A stretch of 64,000 bases of DNA, from the NCBI RefSeq assembly GCF_009914755.1, contig NC_060948.1; one strand, written 5' to 3'. Each line of letters begins with the position of its first letter. Position 1 is the first letter of the stretch. Of this stretch, positions 41,501-62,944 are shown piece after piece. This DNA comes from the human T2T-CHM13v2.0 reference genome, Homo sapiens. The translations under genes and the position numbers were made by a program. The notes beneath the pieces were generated by a model. The model had not been told where the DNA came from. It saw only the letters and a list, made by a program, of their open reading frames with translations, and did not search any database.

Positions 41501-44500
41501 GGAATGTAGTGTAATGGACAGGCCTGGAATAAAGTGGAATGCTACGGTCTCGAATGGAATAAAAATGTATGGAATGGAATGCAATGAAACGGAATCGAAT
41601 GTCATAGAATGTAATGGAATGCAAAAAAATGGAATCCAAAATCATTGACTGGAAAGGCTGGGTGTCGAAAGGAATTGACTCCAAGGGAATGGAATCGAAT
41701 GGAATGGAAGTGAATAGAATCGAACTAAATCGAATGGAATGGAATTGATAGGAACGGAATGGAAAGGAATGCAATGATTTGGCATGGAATGGAATCGAAT
41801 GGCATCGAATGGAATGGAATGGAATGCAATGGAATGGAATGTATTAGAATGTAATGAACTTTAATGGAATGTACTCGAATGGATTCGACTGGAATGGAAT
41901 GTTCTGGAAGTGAATGGACTCCAATGGAATGGATTCAAAAGGAATGGAATCGTACGGAATGGAATCTAATGGAATGGAATTAAATGGAAATGAATCAAAT
42001 TGAATAGCACGGAATTGAATTGAATGGAATCGAATGCAATGGAATCTAATGAAACGGAAAGGAAAGGAATGGAATGGAATGGAATGGGCTGGAATGGAAA
42101 GGAATCGAAACGAATGGAATGGAATCGAACTGAAGAGACTGGAATGGAATGCACTGGAATGGAAGGGAGTGTAATGGAAGGTTCTCGAAAAAAATGGAAT
42201 CGAATGGAATGGAATTGAATGGAACGGAATAGAGTCGAATGGAATTGAATGGAATGGAATGGACTAGAGTGAAATGGAATCGAACCACAAGGAATGGAGA
42301 GGAATAGAATGGTCTCGAATTGAATGGAATCGTATGGAATGGCATCAAACGGAATGGAATGGACAGCCACGGAATGGAATGCACTCGAATGCAATGGAGT
42401 CGAAACTAATGGACTGGAATAGAATGGACTCGACTGGTACGGACTCCAATGGAATGGAATCGAATGGAAGGGAATCGAACGGAATGGACTCGAAGGGAAA
42501 AGACTGCAATGGAAAGGTCTCGAATGGAATGGAAATTAATGGAATGGAATGGAATCGAATGAAATGGAGTCAAAAGGAATGGAATCGAATGGCAAGAAAT
42601 CGAATGTAATGGAATCTCAAGGAATTGATGTGAACGGAACGGAATGGAATGGAATCCAAAGGAATGGAATAGAATGGAATGGAATCGAATGGAAAGGACT
42701 CGAATGGAAATCACTCTAATAGAATGCAATTTAATAAAATAGGATCAAATGGAATGGAATGGAATGGAAAGGAATCGAAACGAAAGGAATGGAGACAGAT
42801 GGAATGGAATGGAACAGAGAGCAATGGTATAGAATGGAATGGAATCATCTGGAATGGAATTGAATGGAATGGAATAATATGAAATGGAATGGAATGGAAT
42901 GGAATGCCCTTGAATTAAATGGACTGGAATGGAATGGACTCGAACAGAGTGGAATGGAAAGTGTTGACATAGAATGGAATGGACTCGTTTGGAATGGTGT
43001 AGTATGCAATGCAATCGACTGGCAGGGAATCAAAAGGAATGTAATGGAATGGATTGGACTGGAATGCAATGGACTCGAATAGATTGGAAACGGAATGCAA
43101 AGGAATGGAATGGAATAGTATGGAATGGAATGGAAAGGAATGGAGTGGAATAGACTAGAGTGGAATGGAATGGACTGGAAAGCAATGGACTGGAATGGAA
43201 CTTTCTTGAATGGACTGGAATCAAACGGAATGGAATGCAATGCAATCAAATGGCATGGAATAAAATAGAATGAAAGAGAATCAAATGGAATTGAATCGAA
43301 TGGAATCGAATGGATTGGAAAGAATAGAATGGAATGGAATGGAATTGACTCAAATGGAATGGACTAGAATGGAATGGATTCGAATGGAAGGCAAAGGAAT
43401 GGAATCTATTGGAATGGACTGTAATGGAATGGAATGGAAGGGATTGGAATGGACTCAAATGGAATGGACTGCAATAGAAAGGATTCGAATGGAATGAAAA
43501 AGAATTGAATGGAATAGAACAGAATGGAATCAAATCGAATGAAATGGAATGGAATAGAAAGGAATGGAATGAAATGGAATGGAAAGGATTCGAATGGAAT
43601 GCAATCGAATGGAATGGAATCGAACGGAATGGAATAAAATGGAAGAAAACTGGCAAGAAATGGAATCGAAATGAATGGAGTGTTATGGAACGGACTCAAA
43701 AGGAATTGAATGTAATAGAATGGAGTGGAGTGGACTCGAATATAATGGACTGGAATGGAATGAAATCACATGGAATGGGAACGAATGGAATGGAATGGAA
43801 AGGAATGGAATCGAATGGAAAGGAATCGAATGGAAGGGAATGAAATTGAATCAACAGGAATGGAAGAGAATAGAATAGACGTTAATGGAATGGACTCGAA
43901 TAGAATGGACACGAATGCTCAAATTGAATGGACTCGAATGGAATGGAAACGAAAGGAATGTCATCGAATGGAATTGAATCGATTGGAATGAAATCGCATA
44001 GAATGGAGTGGAATCAAATGGAATTGAATCGAAAGGAAAGGAAGCGAATGGACTGAAATGAAATGGAATGGAATTGAATGGAAAGTTATGTAATGGAATA
44101 GAATGGAACGAAATTTCACGGAATGCAATCAAACTGAATGGAATCAAATCAATGGAATCAAATCAAATGGAATGGAAAGGAATTGAATGGAGTAGATTGG
44201 ATTGGATGGGATTGGAATGAAATATACTGGAAAGGACTCGAATTTCATGAAACGGAATGGAATGAATTGGAACGGAACGGACTCGAATGGAATGGAATGT
44301 CATGGAATGGCATCGAATGGAATGGCATCAAATGGAATGGAATCGAATGCAATGGAGTGCTATGGAATGGAATGGAATGCATTGGAATGGAATGTCCTCT
44401 AATGGAATGGATTCGAGTGGAATGGAATCGAATATAATGGAGTCGAATGAAATGGAATTGAAAGGAATGGGATCGAATATAATGGAATATACTGGAATGT

Positions 44501-47170
44501 AATGTAATGAACTCGAATGTAATTGACTGGAATGGAATGTACATGAATGGAATGTAATCGAATGGAAAGTAATCCAATGGAATAGAATCTAATGCAATAA
44601 AATCGACTCAGATAGAGTAGAATGTAATGGAATGGAGTGCAGTGCAATGGAATGGAATGGAATGGAATGCAATGGAATGGAATGGAATGGAATGGAATGC
44701 AATGGGATGGTGTGGAATGGATAGTAATGGACTGGAGTGAAATGGACTGGAAAGGAATGGACTCAAATTGAAAGGGCTCGAAAGGATTGGAGTCAAATGG
44801 AATGGTCTGGAATGGAATGAACACGAATGTAATGCAATCCAATAGAATGGAATCGAATGGCATGGAATATAAAGAAATGGAATCGAAGAGAATGGAAACA
44901 AATGGAATGGAATTGAATGGAATGGAATTGAATGGAATGGGAACGAATGGAGTGAAATTGTATGCAGTAGAAGAGAATAGAATGGAATGCAAGCGAAAGG
45001 AAAGGAATGGATTGGAATGGAATGGAATTCATTGGAATGGAAGGGAATGTAGTGTAATGGACAGGCCTGGAATAAAGTGGAATGCTACGGTCTCGAATGG
45101 AATAAAAATGTATGGAATGGAATGCAATGAAACGGAATCGAATGTCATAGAATGTAATGGAATGCAAAAAAATGGAATCCAAAATCATTGACTGGAAAGG
45201 CTGGGTGTCGAAAGGAATTGACTCCAATGGAATGGAATCGAATGGAATGGAAGTGAATAGAATCGAACTAAATCGAATGGAATGGAATTGATAGGAACGG
45301 AATGGAAAGGAATGCAATGATTTGGCATGGAATGCAATCGAATGGCATCGAATGGAATGGAATGGAATGCAATGGAATGGAATGTATTAGAATGTAATGA
45401 ACTTTAATGGTATGTACTCGAATGGATTCGACTGGAATGGAATGTTCTGGAAGTGAATGGACTCCAATGGAATGGATTCAAAAGGAATGGAATCGTACGG
45501 AATGGAATCTAATGGAATGGAATTAAATGGAAATGAATCAAATTGAATAGCACGGAATTGAATTGAATGGAATGGAATGCAATGGAATCTAATGAAACGG
45601 AAAGGAAAGGAATGGAATGGAATGGAATGGGCTGGAATGGAAAGGAATCGAAACGAATGGAATGGAATCGAAGTGAAGAGACTGGAATGGAATGCACTGG
45701 AATGGAAGGGAGTGTAATGGAAGGTTCTCGAAAAAAATGGAATCGAATGGAATGGAATTGAATGGAACGGAATAGAGTCGAATGGAATTGAATGGAATGG
45801 AATGGACTAGAGTGAAATGGAATCGAACCACAAGGAATGGAGAGGAATAGAATGGTCTCGAATTGAATGGAATCGTATGGAATGGCATCAAACGGAATGG
45901 AATGGACAGCCACGGAATGGAATGCACTCGAATGCAATGGAGTCGAAACTAATGGACTGGAATAGAATGGACTCGACTGGTACGGACTCCAATGGAATGG
46001 AATCGAATGGAAGGGAATCGAACGGAATGGACTCGAAGGGAAAAGACTGCAATGGAAAGGTCTCGAATGGAATGGAAATTAATGGAATGGAATGGAATCG
46101 AATGAAATGGAGTCAAAAGGAATGGAATCGAATGGCAAGAAATCGAATGTAATGGAATCGCAAGGAATTGATGTGAACGGAATGGAATGGAATGGAATCC
46201 AAAGGAATGGAATAGAATGGAATGGAATCGAATGGAAAGGACTCGAATGGAAATCACTCGAATAGAATGCAATTTAATAAAATAGGATCAAATGTAATGG
46301 AATGGAATGGAAAGGAATCGAAACGAAAGGAATGGAGACAGATGGAATGGAATGGAACAGAGAGCAATGGTATAGAATGGAATGGAATCATCTGGAATGG
46401 AATTGAATGGAATGGAATAACATGAAATGGACTGGAATGGAATGGAATGCCCTTGAATTAAATGGACTGGAATGGAATGGACTCGAACAGAGTGGAATGG
46501 AAAGTGTTGAAATAGAATGGAATGGACTGGTTTGGAATGGTCTAGTATGCAATGCAATCGACTGGCAGGGAATCAAAAGGAATGTAATCGAATGGATTGG
46601 ACTGGAATGCAATGGACTCGAATAGATTGGAAACGGAATGCAAAGGAATGGAATGGAATAGTATGGAATGGAATGGAAAGGAATGGAGTGGAATAGACTA
46701 GAGTGGAATGGAATGGACTCGAAAGCAATGGACTGGAATGGAACTTTCTTGAATGGACTGGAATCAAACGGAATGGAATGCAATGCAATCAAATGGCATG
46801 GAATAAAATAGAATGAAAGAGAATCAAATGGAATTGAATCGAATGGAATCGAATGGATTGGAAAGGAATAGAATGGAATGGAATGGAATTGACTCAAATG
46901 GAATGGACTAGAATGGAATGGATTCGAATGGAAGGCAAAGGAATGGAATCTATTGGAATGGACTGTAATGGAATGGAATGGAAGGGATTGGAATGGACTC
47001 GAATGGAATGGACTGCAATAGAAAGGATTCGAATGGAATGAAAAAGAATTGAATGGAATAGAACAGAATGGAATCAAATCGAATGAAATGGAATGGAATA
47101 GAAAGGAATGGAATGAAATGGAATGGAAAGGATTCGAATGGAATGCAATCGAATGGAATGGAATCGAACG
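32560..47170 (+). repeat. Recent tandem duplication of two DYZ1 units (7087-bp period)
   Basis: Private variants recur exactly 7087 bp apart, and the ORF-track coordinates are offset by 7087 (33508/40595, 35592/42679, 37051/44138, 39135/46222). Boundaries are approximate. Confidence 0.9.
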
Positions 47171-50100
47171 CAATGGAATAAAATGGAAGAAAACTGGCAA
47201 GAAATGGAATCGAAATGAATGGAGTGTTATGGAACGGACTCAAAAGGAATTGAATGTAATAGAATGGAGTGGAGTGGACTCGAATATAATGGACTGGAAT
47301 GGAATGAAATCACATGGAATGGGAACGAATGGAATGGAATGGAAAGGAATGGAATCGAATGGAAAGGAATCGAATGGAAGGGAATGAAATTGAATCAACA
47401 GGAATGGAAGGGAATAGAATAGACGGTAATGGAATGGACTCGAATAGAATGGACACAAATGCTCAAATTGAATGGACTCGAATGCAATGGAAACGAAAGG
47501 AATGTCATCGAATGGAATTGAATCGATTGGAATGAAATCGCATAGAATGGAGTGGAATCAAATGGAATTGAATCGAAAGGAAAGGAAGCGAATGGACTGA
47601 AATGAAATGGAATGGAATTGAATGGAAAGTTATGTAATGGAATAGAATGGAACGAAATTTCACGGAATACAATCAAACTGAATGGAATCAAATCAATGGA
47701 ATCAAATCAAATGGAATGGAAAGGAATTGAATGGAGTAGATTGGATTGGATGGGATTGGAATGAAATGTACTGGAAAGGACTCGAATTTCATGAAACGGA
47801 ATGGAATGAATTGGAACGGAACGGACTCGAATGGAATGGAATGTCATGGAATGGCATCAAATGGAATGGCATCAAATGGAATGGAATCGAATGCAATGGA
47901 GTGCTATGGAATGGAATGGAATGCATTGGAATGGAATGTCCTCTAATGGAATGGATTCGAGTGGAATGGAATCGAATATAATGGAGTCGAATGAAATGGA
48001 ATTGAAAGGAATGGGATCGAATACAATGGAATATACTGGAATGTAATGTAATGAACACGAATGTAATTGACTGGAATGGAATGTACATGAATGGAATGTA
48101 ATTGAATGGAAAGTAATCCAATGGAATAGAATCTAATGCAATAAAATCGACTCAGATAGAGTAGAATGTAATGGAATGGAGTGCAGTGCAATGGAATGGA
48201 ATGGAATGGAATGCAATGGAATGGAATGGAATGGAATGGAATGGGATGGAATGGTGTGGAATGGATAGTAATGGACTGGAGTGAAATGGACTGGAAAGGA
48301 ATGGACTCAAATTGAAAGGGCTCGAAAGGAATGGAGTCAAATGGAATGGTCTGGAATGGAATGAACACGAATGTAATGCAATCCAATAGAATGGAATCGA
48401 ATGGCATGGAATATAAAGAAATGGAATCGAAGAGAATGGAAACAAATGGAATGGAATTGAATGGAATGGGAACGAATGGAGTGAAATTGTATGCAGTAGA
48501 AGAGAATAGAATGGAATGCAAGCGAAAGGAAAGGAATGGATTGGAATGGAATGGAATTCATTGGAATGGAAGGGAATGTAGTGTAATGTACAGGCCTGGA
48601 ATAAAGTGGAATGCTACGGTCTCGAATGGAATAAAAATGTATTGAATGGAATGCAATGAAACGGAATCGAATGTCATAGAATGTAATGGAATGCAAAAAA
48701 ATGGAATCCAAAATCATTGACTGGAAAGGCTGGGTGTCGAAAGGAATTGACTCCAATGGAATGGAATCGAATGGAATGGAAGTGAATAGAATCGAACTAA
48801 ATCGAATGGAATGGAATTGATAGGAACGGAATGGAAAGGAATGCAATGATTTGGCATGGAATGGAATCGAATGGCATCGAATGGAATGGAATGGAATGCA
48901 ATGGAATGGAATGTATTAGAATGTAATGAACTTTAATGGAATGTACTCGAATGGATTCGACTGGAATGGAATGTTCTGGAAGTGAATGGACTCCAATGGA
49001 ATGGATTCAAAAGGAATGGAATCGTACGGAATGGAATCTAATGGAATGGAATTAAATGGAAATGAATCAAATTGAATAGCACGGAATTGAATTGAGTGGA
49101 ATCGAATGCAATGGAATCTAATGAAACGGAAAGGAAAGGAATGGAATGGAATGGAATGGGCTGGAATGGAAAGGAATCGAAACGAATGGAATGGAATCGA
49201 ACTGAAGAGACTGGAATGGAATGCACTGGAATGGAAGGGAGTGTAATGGAAGGTTGTCGAAAAAAATGGAATCGAATGGAATGGAATTGAATGGAACGGA
49301 ATAGAGTCGAATGGAATTGAATGGAATGGAATGGACTAGAGTGAAATGGAATCGAACCACAAGGAATGGACAGGAATAGAATGGTCTCGAATTGAATGGA
49401 ATCGTATGGAATGGCATCAAACGGAATGGAATGGACAGCCACGGAATGGAATGCACTCGAATGCAATGGAGTCGAAACTAATGGACTGGAATAGAATGGA
49501 CTCGACTGGTACGGACTCCAATGGAATGGAATCGAATGGAAGGGAATCGAACGGAATGGACTCGAAGGGAAAAGACTGCAATGGAGAGGTCTCGAATGGA
49601 ATGGAAATTAATGGAATGGAATGGAATCGAATGAAATGGAGTCAAAAGGAATGGAATCGAATGGCAAGAAATCGAATGTAATGGAATCGCAAGGAATTGA
49701 TGTGAACGGAACGGAATGGAATGGAATCCAAAGGAATGGAATAGAATGGAATGGAATCGAATGGAAAGGACTCGAATGGAAATCACTCGAATAGAATGCA
49801 ATTTAATAAAATAGGATCAAATGTAATGGAATGGAATGGAAAGGAATCGAAACGAAAGGAATGGAGACAGATGGAATGGAATGGAACAGAGAGCAATGGT
49901 ATAGAATGGAATGGAATCATCTGGAATGGAATTGAATGGAATGGAATAACATGAAATGGACTGGAATGGAATGGAATGCCCTTGAATTAAATGGACTGGA
50001 ATGGAATGGACTCGAACAGAGTGGAATGGAAAGTGTTGAAATAGAATGGAATGGACTGGTTTGGAATGGTCTAGTATGCAATGCAATCGACTGGCAGGGA

Positions 50101-51647
50101 ATCAAAAGGAATGTAATCGAATGGATTGGACTGGAATGCAATGGACTCGAATAGATTGGAAACGGAATGCAAAGGAATGGAATGGAATAGTATGGAATGG
50201 AATGGAAAGGAATGGAGTGGAATAGACTAGAGTGGAATGGAATGGACTCGAAAGCAATGGACTGGAATGGAACTTTCCTGAATGGACTGGAATCAAACGG
50301 AATGGAATGCAATGCAATCAAATGGCATGGAATAAAATAGAATGAAAGAGAATCAAATGGAATTGAATCGAATGGAATCGAATGGATTGGAAAGGAATAG
50401 AATGGAATGGAATGGAATGGACTCAAATGGAATGGACTAGAATGGAATGGATTCGAATGGAAGGCAAAGGAATGGAATCTATTGGAATGGACTGTAATGG
50501 AATGGAATGGAAGGGATTGGAATGGACTCGAATGGAATGGACTGCAATAGAAAGGATTCGAATGGAATGAAAAAGTATTGAATGGAATAGAACAGAATGG
50601 AATCAAATCGAATTAAATGGAATGGAATAGAAAGGAATGGAATGAAATGGAATGGAAAGGATTCGAATGGAATGCAATCGAATGGAATGGAATCGAACGC
50701 AATGGAATAAAATGGAAGAAAACTGGCAAGAAATGGAATCGAAATGAATGGAGTGTTATGGAACGGACTCAAAAGGAATTGAATGTAATAGAATGGAGTG
50801 GAGTGGACTCGAATATAATGGACTGGAATGGAATGAAATCACATGGAATGGGAACGAATGGAATGGAATGGAAAGGAATGGAATCGAATGGAAAGGAATC
50901 GAATGGAAGGGAATGAAATTGAATCAACAGGAATGGAAGGGAATAGAATAGACGGTAATGGAATGGACTCGAATAGAATGGACACGAATGCTCAAATTGA
51001 ATGGACTCGAATGGAATGGAAACGAAAGGAATGTCATCGAATGGAATTGAATCGATTGGAATGAAATCGCATAGAATGGAGTGGAATCAAATGGAATTGA
51101 ATCGAAAGGAAAGGAAGCGAATGGACTGAAATGAAATGGAATGGAATTGAATGGAAAGTAATGCAATGGAATAGAATGGAACGAAATTTCACGGAATGGA
51201 ATCAAACTGAATGGAATCAAATCAATGGAATCAAATCAAATGGAATGGAAAGGAATTGAATGGAGTAGATTGGATTGGATGGGATTGGAATGAAATGTAC
51301 TGGAAAGGACTCGAATTTCATGAAACGGAATGGAATGAATTGGAACGGAATGGACTCGAATGGAATGGAATGTCATGGAATGGCATCAAATGGAATGGCA
51401 TCAAATGGAATGGAATCGAATGTAATGGAATGGAATGCATTGGAATGGAATGTCCTCTAATGGAATGGATTCGAGTGGAATGGAATCGAATATAATGGAG
51501 TCGAATGAAATGGAATTGAAAGGAATGGGATCGAATACAATGGAATATACTGGAATGTAATGTAATGAACTCGAATGTATTTGACTGGAATGGAATGTAC
51601 ATGAATGGAATGTAATCGAATGGAAAGTAATCCAATGGAATAGAATC

Positions 51648-52689
<1,042 letters not shown>

Positions 52690-53265
52690 AGATCCATATT
52701 TTTTAAATGAAAAAAAATTTCAAAGGTACTCTGCTTGGTACAATAATCAAATGTATAAACTGAGGAATAAAACATAACCATGAAACCTACTTATAACTGC
52801 ATATGGAAAATACAGAGGATAATTTTTTAAATAACATATTGTTAAAGCCTTAACTAGTAATTTGAAGAGTTGGCATTTGAAAGGCCAGTATGAATATACC
52901 TTCACAGCAGCAACACAGGTTCCCCATGAGAAAAAGCAAACTCAGGGAAAATAAAACCACAAAGGTTCAATCTCTTCTGACCTTTGAAAGACACAGCACA
53001 GACAGTGGTCCTTAGGACGAAGAGCAGGAGACCCCTAATTCCGTCACCATGGCGATAGGGCATAAACATTGCTGGGTAAGGGCACAATCCACATTGTGAG
53101 CTCCAACTGCTGCCAGGAAGACAGCAGTGCTTTTACATAGACCGAAAGGTCATTGAAGGCTCAGAGTTTTGTTTCAAGAACTGAATCCCAAGCCCACACG
53201 TTATTAGGCTGCGCTTCTTAAAACAAGTTATGAGATGGGAAAAAGGGCACCCACATACATACGTA
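52690..53265. repeat. HSATI-type moderate-GC segment of DYZ2 unit 1
   Basis: A ~575-bp higher-complexity segment between the Alu and the AT-rich tract, repeated every 2420 bp. The name comes from known DYZ2 architecture, and the right boundary is approximate. Confidence 0.75.
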
Positions 53266-55109
<1,844 letters not shown>

Positions 55110-55685
55110 AGATCCATATTTTTTAAATGAAAAAAAATTTCAAAGGTACTCTGCTTGGTACAATAATCAAATGTATAAACTGAGGAATAAAACATAACCA
55201 TGAAACCTACTTATAACTGCATATGGAAAATACAGAGGATAATTTTTTAAATAACATATTTTGAAAGCCTTAACTAGTAATTTGAAGAGTTGGCATTTGA
55301 AAGGCCAGTATGAATATACCTTCAAAGCAGCAACACAGGTTCCCCATGAGAAAAAGCAAACTCAGGGAAAATAAAACCACAAAGGTTCAATCTCTTCTGA
55401 CCTTTGAAAGACACAGCACAGACAGTGGTCCTTAGGACGAAGAGCAGGAGACCCCTAATTCCGTCACCATGGCGATAGGGCATAAACATTGCTGGGTGAG
55501 GGCACAATCCACATTGTGAGGTCCAAGTGCTGCCAGGAAGACAGGAGTGCTTTTACATAGACCGAAAGGTCATTGAAGGCTCAGAGTTTTGTTTCAAGAA
55601 CTGAATCCGAAGCCCACACGTTATTAGGCTGCGCGTCTTAAAACAAGTTATGAGATGGGAAAAAGAGCACCCACAAACATACGTA
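55110..55685. repeat. HSATI-type segment of DYZ2 unit 2
   Basis: Copy of 52690-53265 at +2420. Confidence 0.75.
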
Positions 55686-57529
<1,844 letters not shown>

Positions 57530-58105
57530 AGATCCATATTTTTTAAATGAAAAAAAATTTCAAAGGTACTCTGCTTGGTACAATAATCAAATGTATAAAC
57601 TGAGGAATAAAACATAACCATGAAACCTACTTATAACTGCATATGGAAAATACAGAGGATAATTTTTTAAATAACATATTTTGAAAGCCTTAACTAGTAA
57701 TTTGAAGAGTTGGCATTTGAAAGGCCAGTATGAATATACCTTCAAAGCAGCAACACAGGTTCCCCATGAGAACAAGCAAACTCAGGGAAAATAAAACCAC
57801 AAAGGTTCAATCTCTTCTGACCTTTGAAAGACACAGCACAGACAGTGGTCCTTAGGACGAAGAGCAGGAGACCCCTAATTCCGTCACCATGGCGATAGGG
57901 CATAAATATTGCTGGGTGAGGGCACAATCCACCTTGTGAGGTCCAACTGCTGCCAGGAAGACAGGAGTGCTTTTACATAGACCGAAAGGTCATTGAAGGC
58001 TCAGAGTTTTGTTTCAAGAACTGAATCCCAAGCCCACACGTTATTAGGCTGCGCTTCTTAAAACAAGTTATGAGATGGGAAAAAGGGCACCCACAAACAT
58101 ACGTA
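57530..58105. repeat. HSATI-type segment of DYZ2 unit 3
   Basis: Copy of 52690-53265 at +4840. Confidence 0.75.
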
Positions 58106-59949
<1,844 letters not shown>

Positions 59950-60525
59950 AGATCCATATTTTTTAAATGAAAAAAAATTTCAAAGGTACTCTGCTAGGTA
60001 CAATAATCAAATGTATAAACTGAGGAAGAAAACATAACCATGAAACCTACTTATAACTGCATATGGAAAATACAGAGGATAATTTTTTAAATAACATATT
60101 TTGAAAGCCTTAACTAGTAATTTGAAGAGTTGGCATTTGAAAGGCCAGTATGAATATACCTTCAAAGCAGCAACACAGGTTCCCCATGAGAAAAAGCAAA
60201 CTCAGGGAAAATAAAACCACAAAGGTTCAATCTCTTCTGACCTTTGAAAGACACAGCACAGACAGTGGTCCTTAGGACGAAGAGCAGGAGACCCCTAATT
60301 CCGTCACCATGGCGATAGGGCATAAACACTGCTGGGTGAGGGCACAATCCACATTGTGAGGTCCAACTGCTGCCAGGAAGACAGGAGTGCTTTTACATAG
60401 ACCGAAAGGTCATTGAAGGCTCAGAGTTTTGTTTCAAGAACTGAATCCCAAGCCCACACGTTATTAGGCTGCGCTTCTTAAAACAAGTTATGAGATGGGA
60501 AAAAGGGCACCCACAGACATACGTA
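59950..60525. repeat. HSATI-type segment of DYZ2 unit 4
   Basis: Copy of 52690-53265 at +7260. Confidence 0.75.
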
Positions 60526-62368
<1,843 letters not shown>

Positions 62369-62944
62369 AGATCCATATTTTTTAAATGAAAAAAAATTTC
62401 AAAGGTACTCTGCTTGGTACAATAATCAAATGTATAAACTGAGGAATAAAACATAACCATGAAACCTACTTATAACTGCATATGGAAAATACAGAGGATA
62501 ATTTTTTAAATAACATATTTTGAAAGCCTTAACTAGTAATTTGAAGAGTTGGCATTTGAAAGGCCAGTATGAATATACCTTCAAAGCAGCAACACAGGTT
62601 CCCCATGAGAAAAAGCAAACTCAGGGAAAATAAAACCACAAAGGTTCAATCTCTTCTGACCTTTGAAAGACACAGCACAGACAGTGGTCCTTAGGACGAA
62701 GAGCAGGAGACCCCTAATTCCGTCACCATGGCGATAGGGCATAAACACTGCTGGGTGAGGGCACAATCCACATTGTGAGGTCCAGCTGCTGCCAGGAAGA
62801 CAGGAGTGCTTTTACATAGACCGAAAGGTCATTGAAGGCTCAGAGTTTTGTTTCAAGAACTGAATCCCAAGCCCACACGTTATTAGGCTGCGCTTCTTAA
62901 AACAAGTTATGAGATGGGAAAAAGGGCACCCACAAACATACGTA
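62369..62944. repeat. HSATI-type segment of DYZ2 unit 5
   Basis: Copy of 52690-53265 at +9679. Confidence 0.75.

Larger units (their letters stand above)
1..51647 (+). repeat. DYZ1: DYZ1 / Human Satellite 3 (HSat3) array: degenerate (GGAAT)n in ~3.55-kb tandem units, G-rich strand on +
   Basis: Continuous GGAAT/CGAAT/TGAAT pentamers. The landmark TCAAAAGGAATGGAATCGAATGGCAAG (one substitution in unit 4) recurs at 1, 3535, 7079, 10623, 14187, 17731, 21278, 24836, 28385, 31934, 35483, 39026, 42570, 46113 and 49642. Unit lengths are 3534, 3544, 3544, 3564, 3544, 3547, 3558, 3549, 3549, 3549, 3543, 3544, 3543, 3529, then a partial 2006 bp. I saw one EcoRI site (2447-2452) and one HaeIII site (2486-2489) per unit, which fits the classical male-specific ~3.4-3.56-kb HaeIII/EcoRI fragment. 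The array abuts DYZ2, as expected in Yq12. Confidence 0.97.

Noticed and set aside
1-51647. HSat2 or telomeric repeat; internal inversion
   Set aside because: It lacks the CATTCGATTC/GATGAT-type 23-26-bp HSat2 structure and TTAGGG runs. No switch to the CATTC strand was seen.
52902-53087. 61-aa minus-strand ORF retained in all five DYZ2 units
   Set aside because: It starts at TTG, is short and has no recognisable domain. Its retention is explained by the high identity of the tandem copies.
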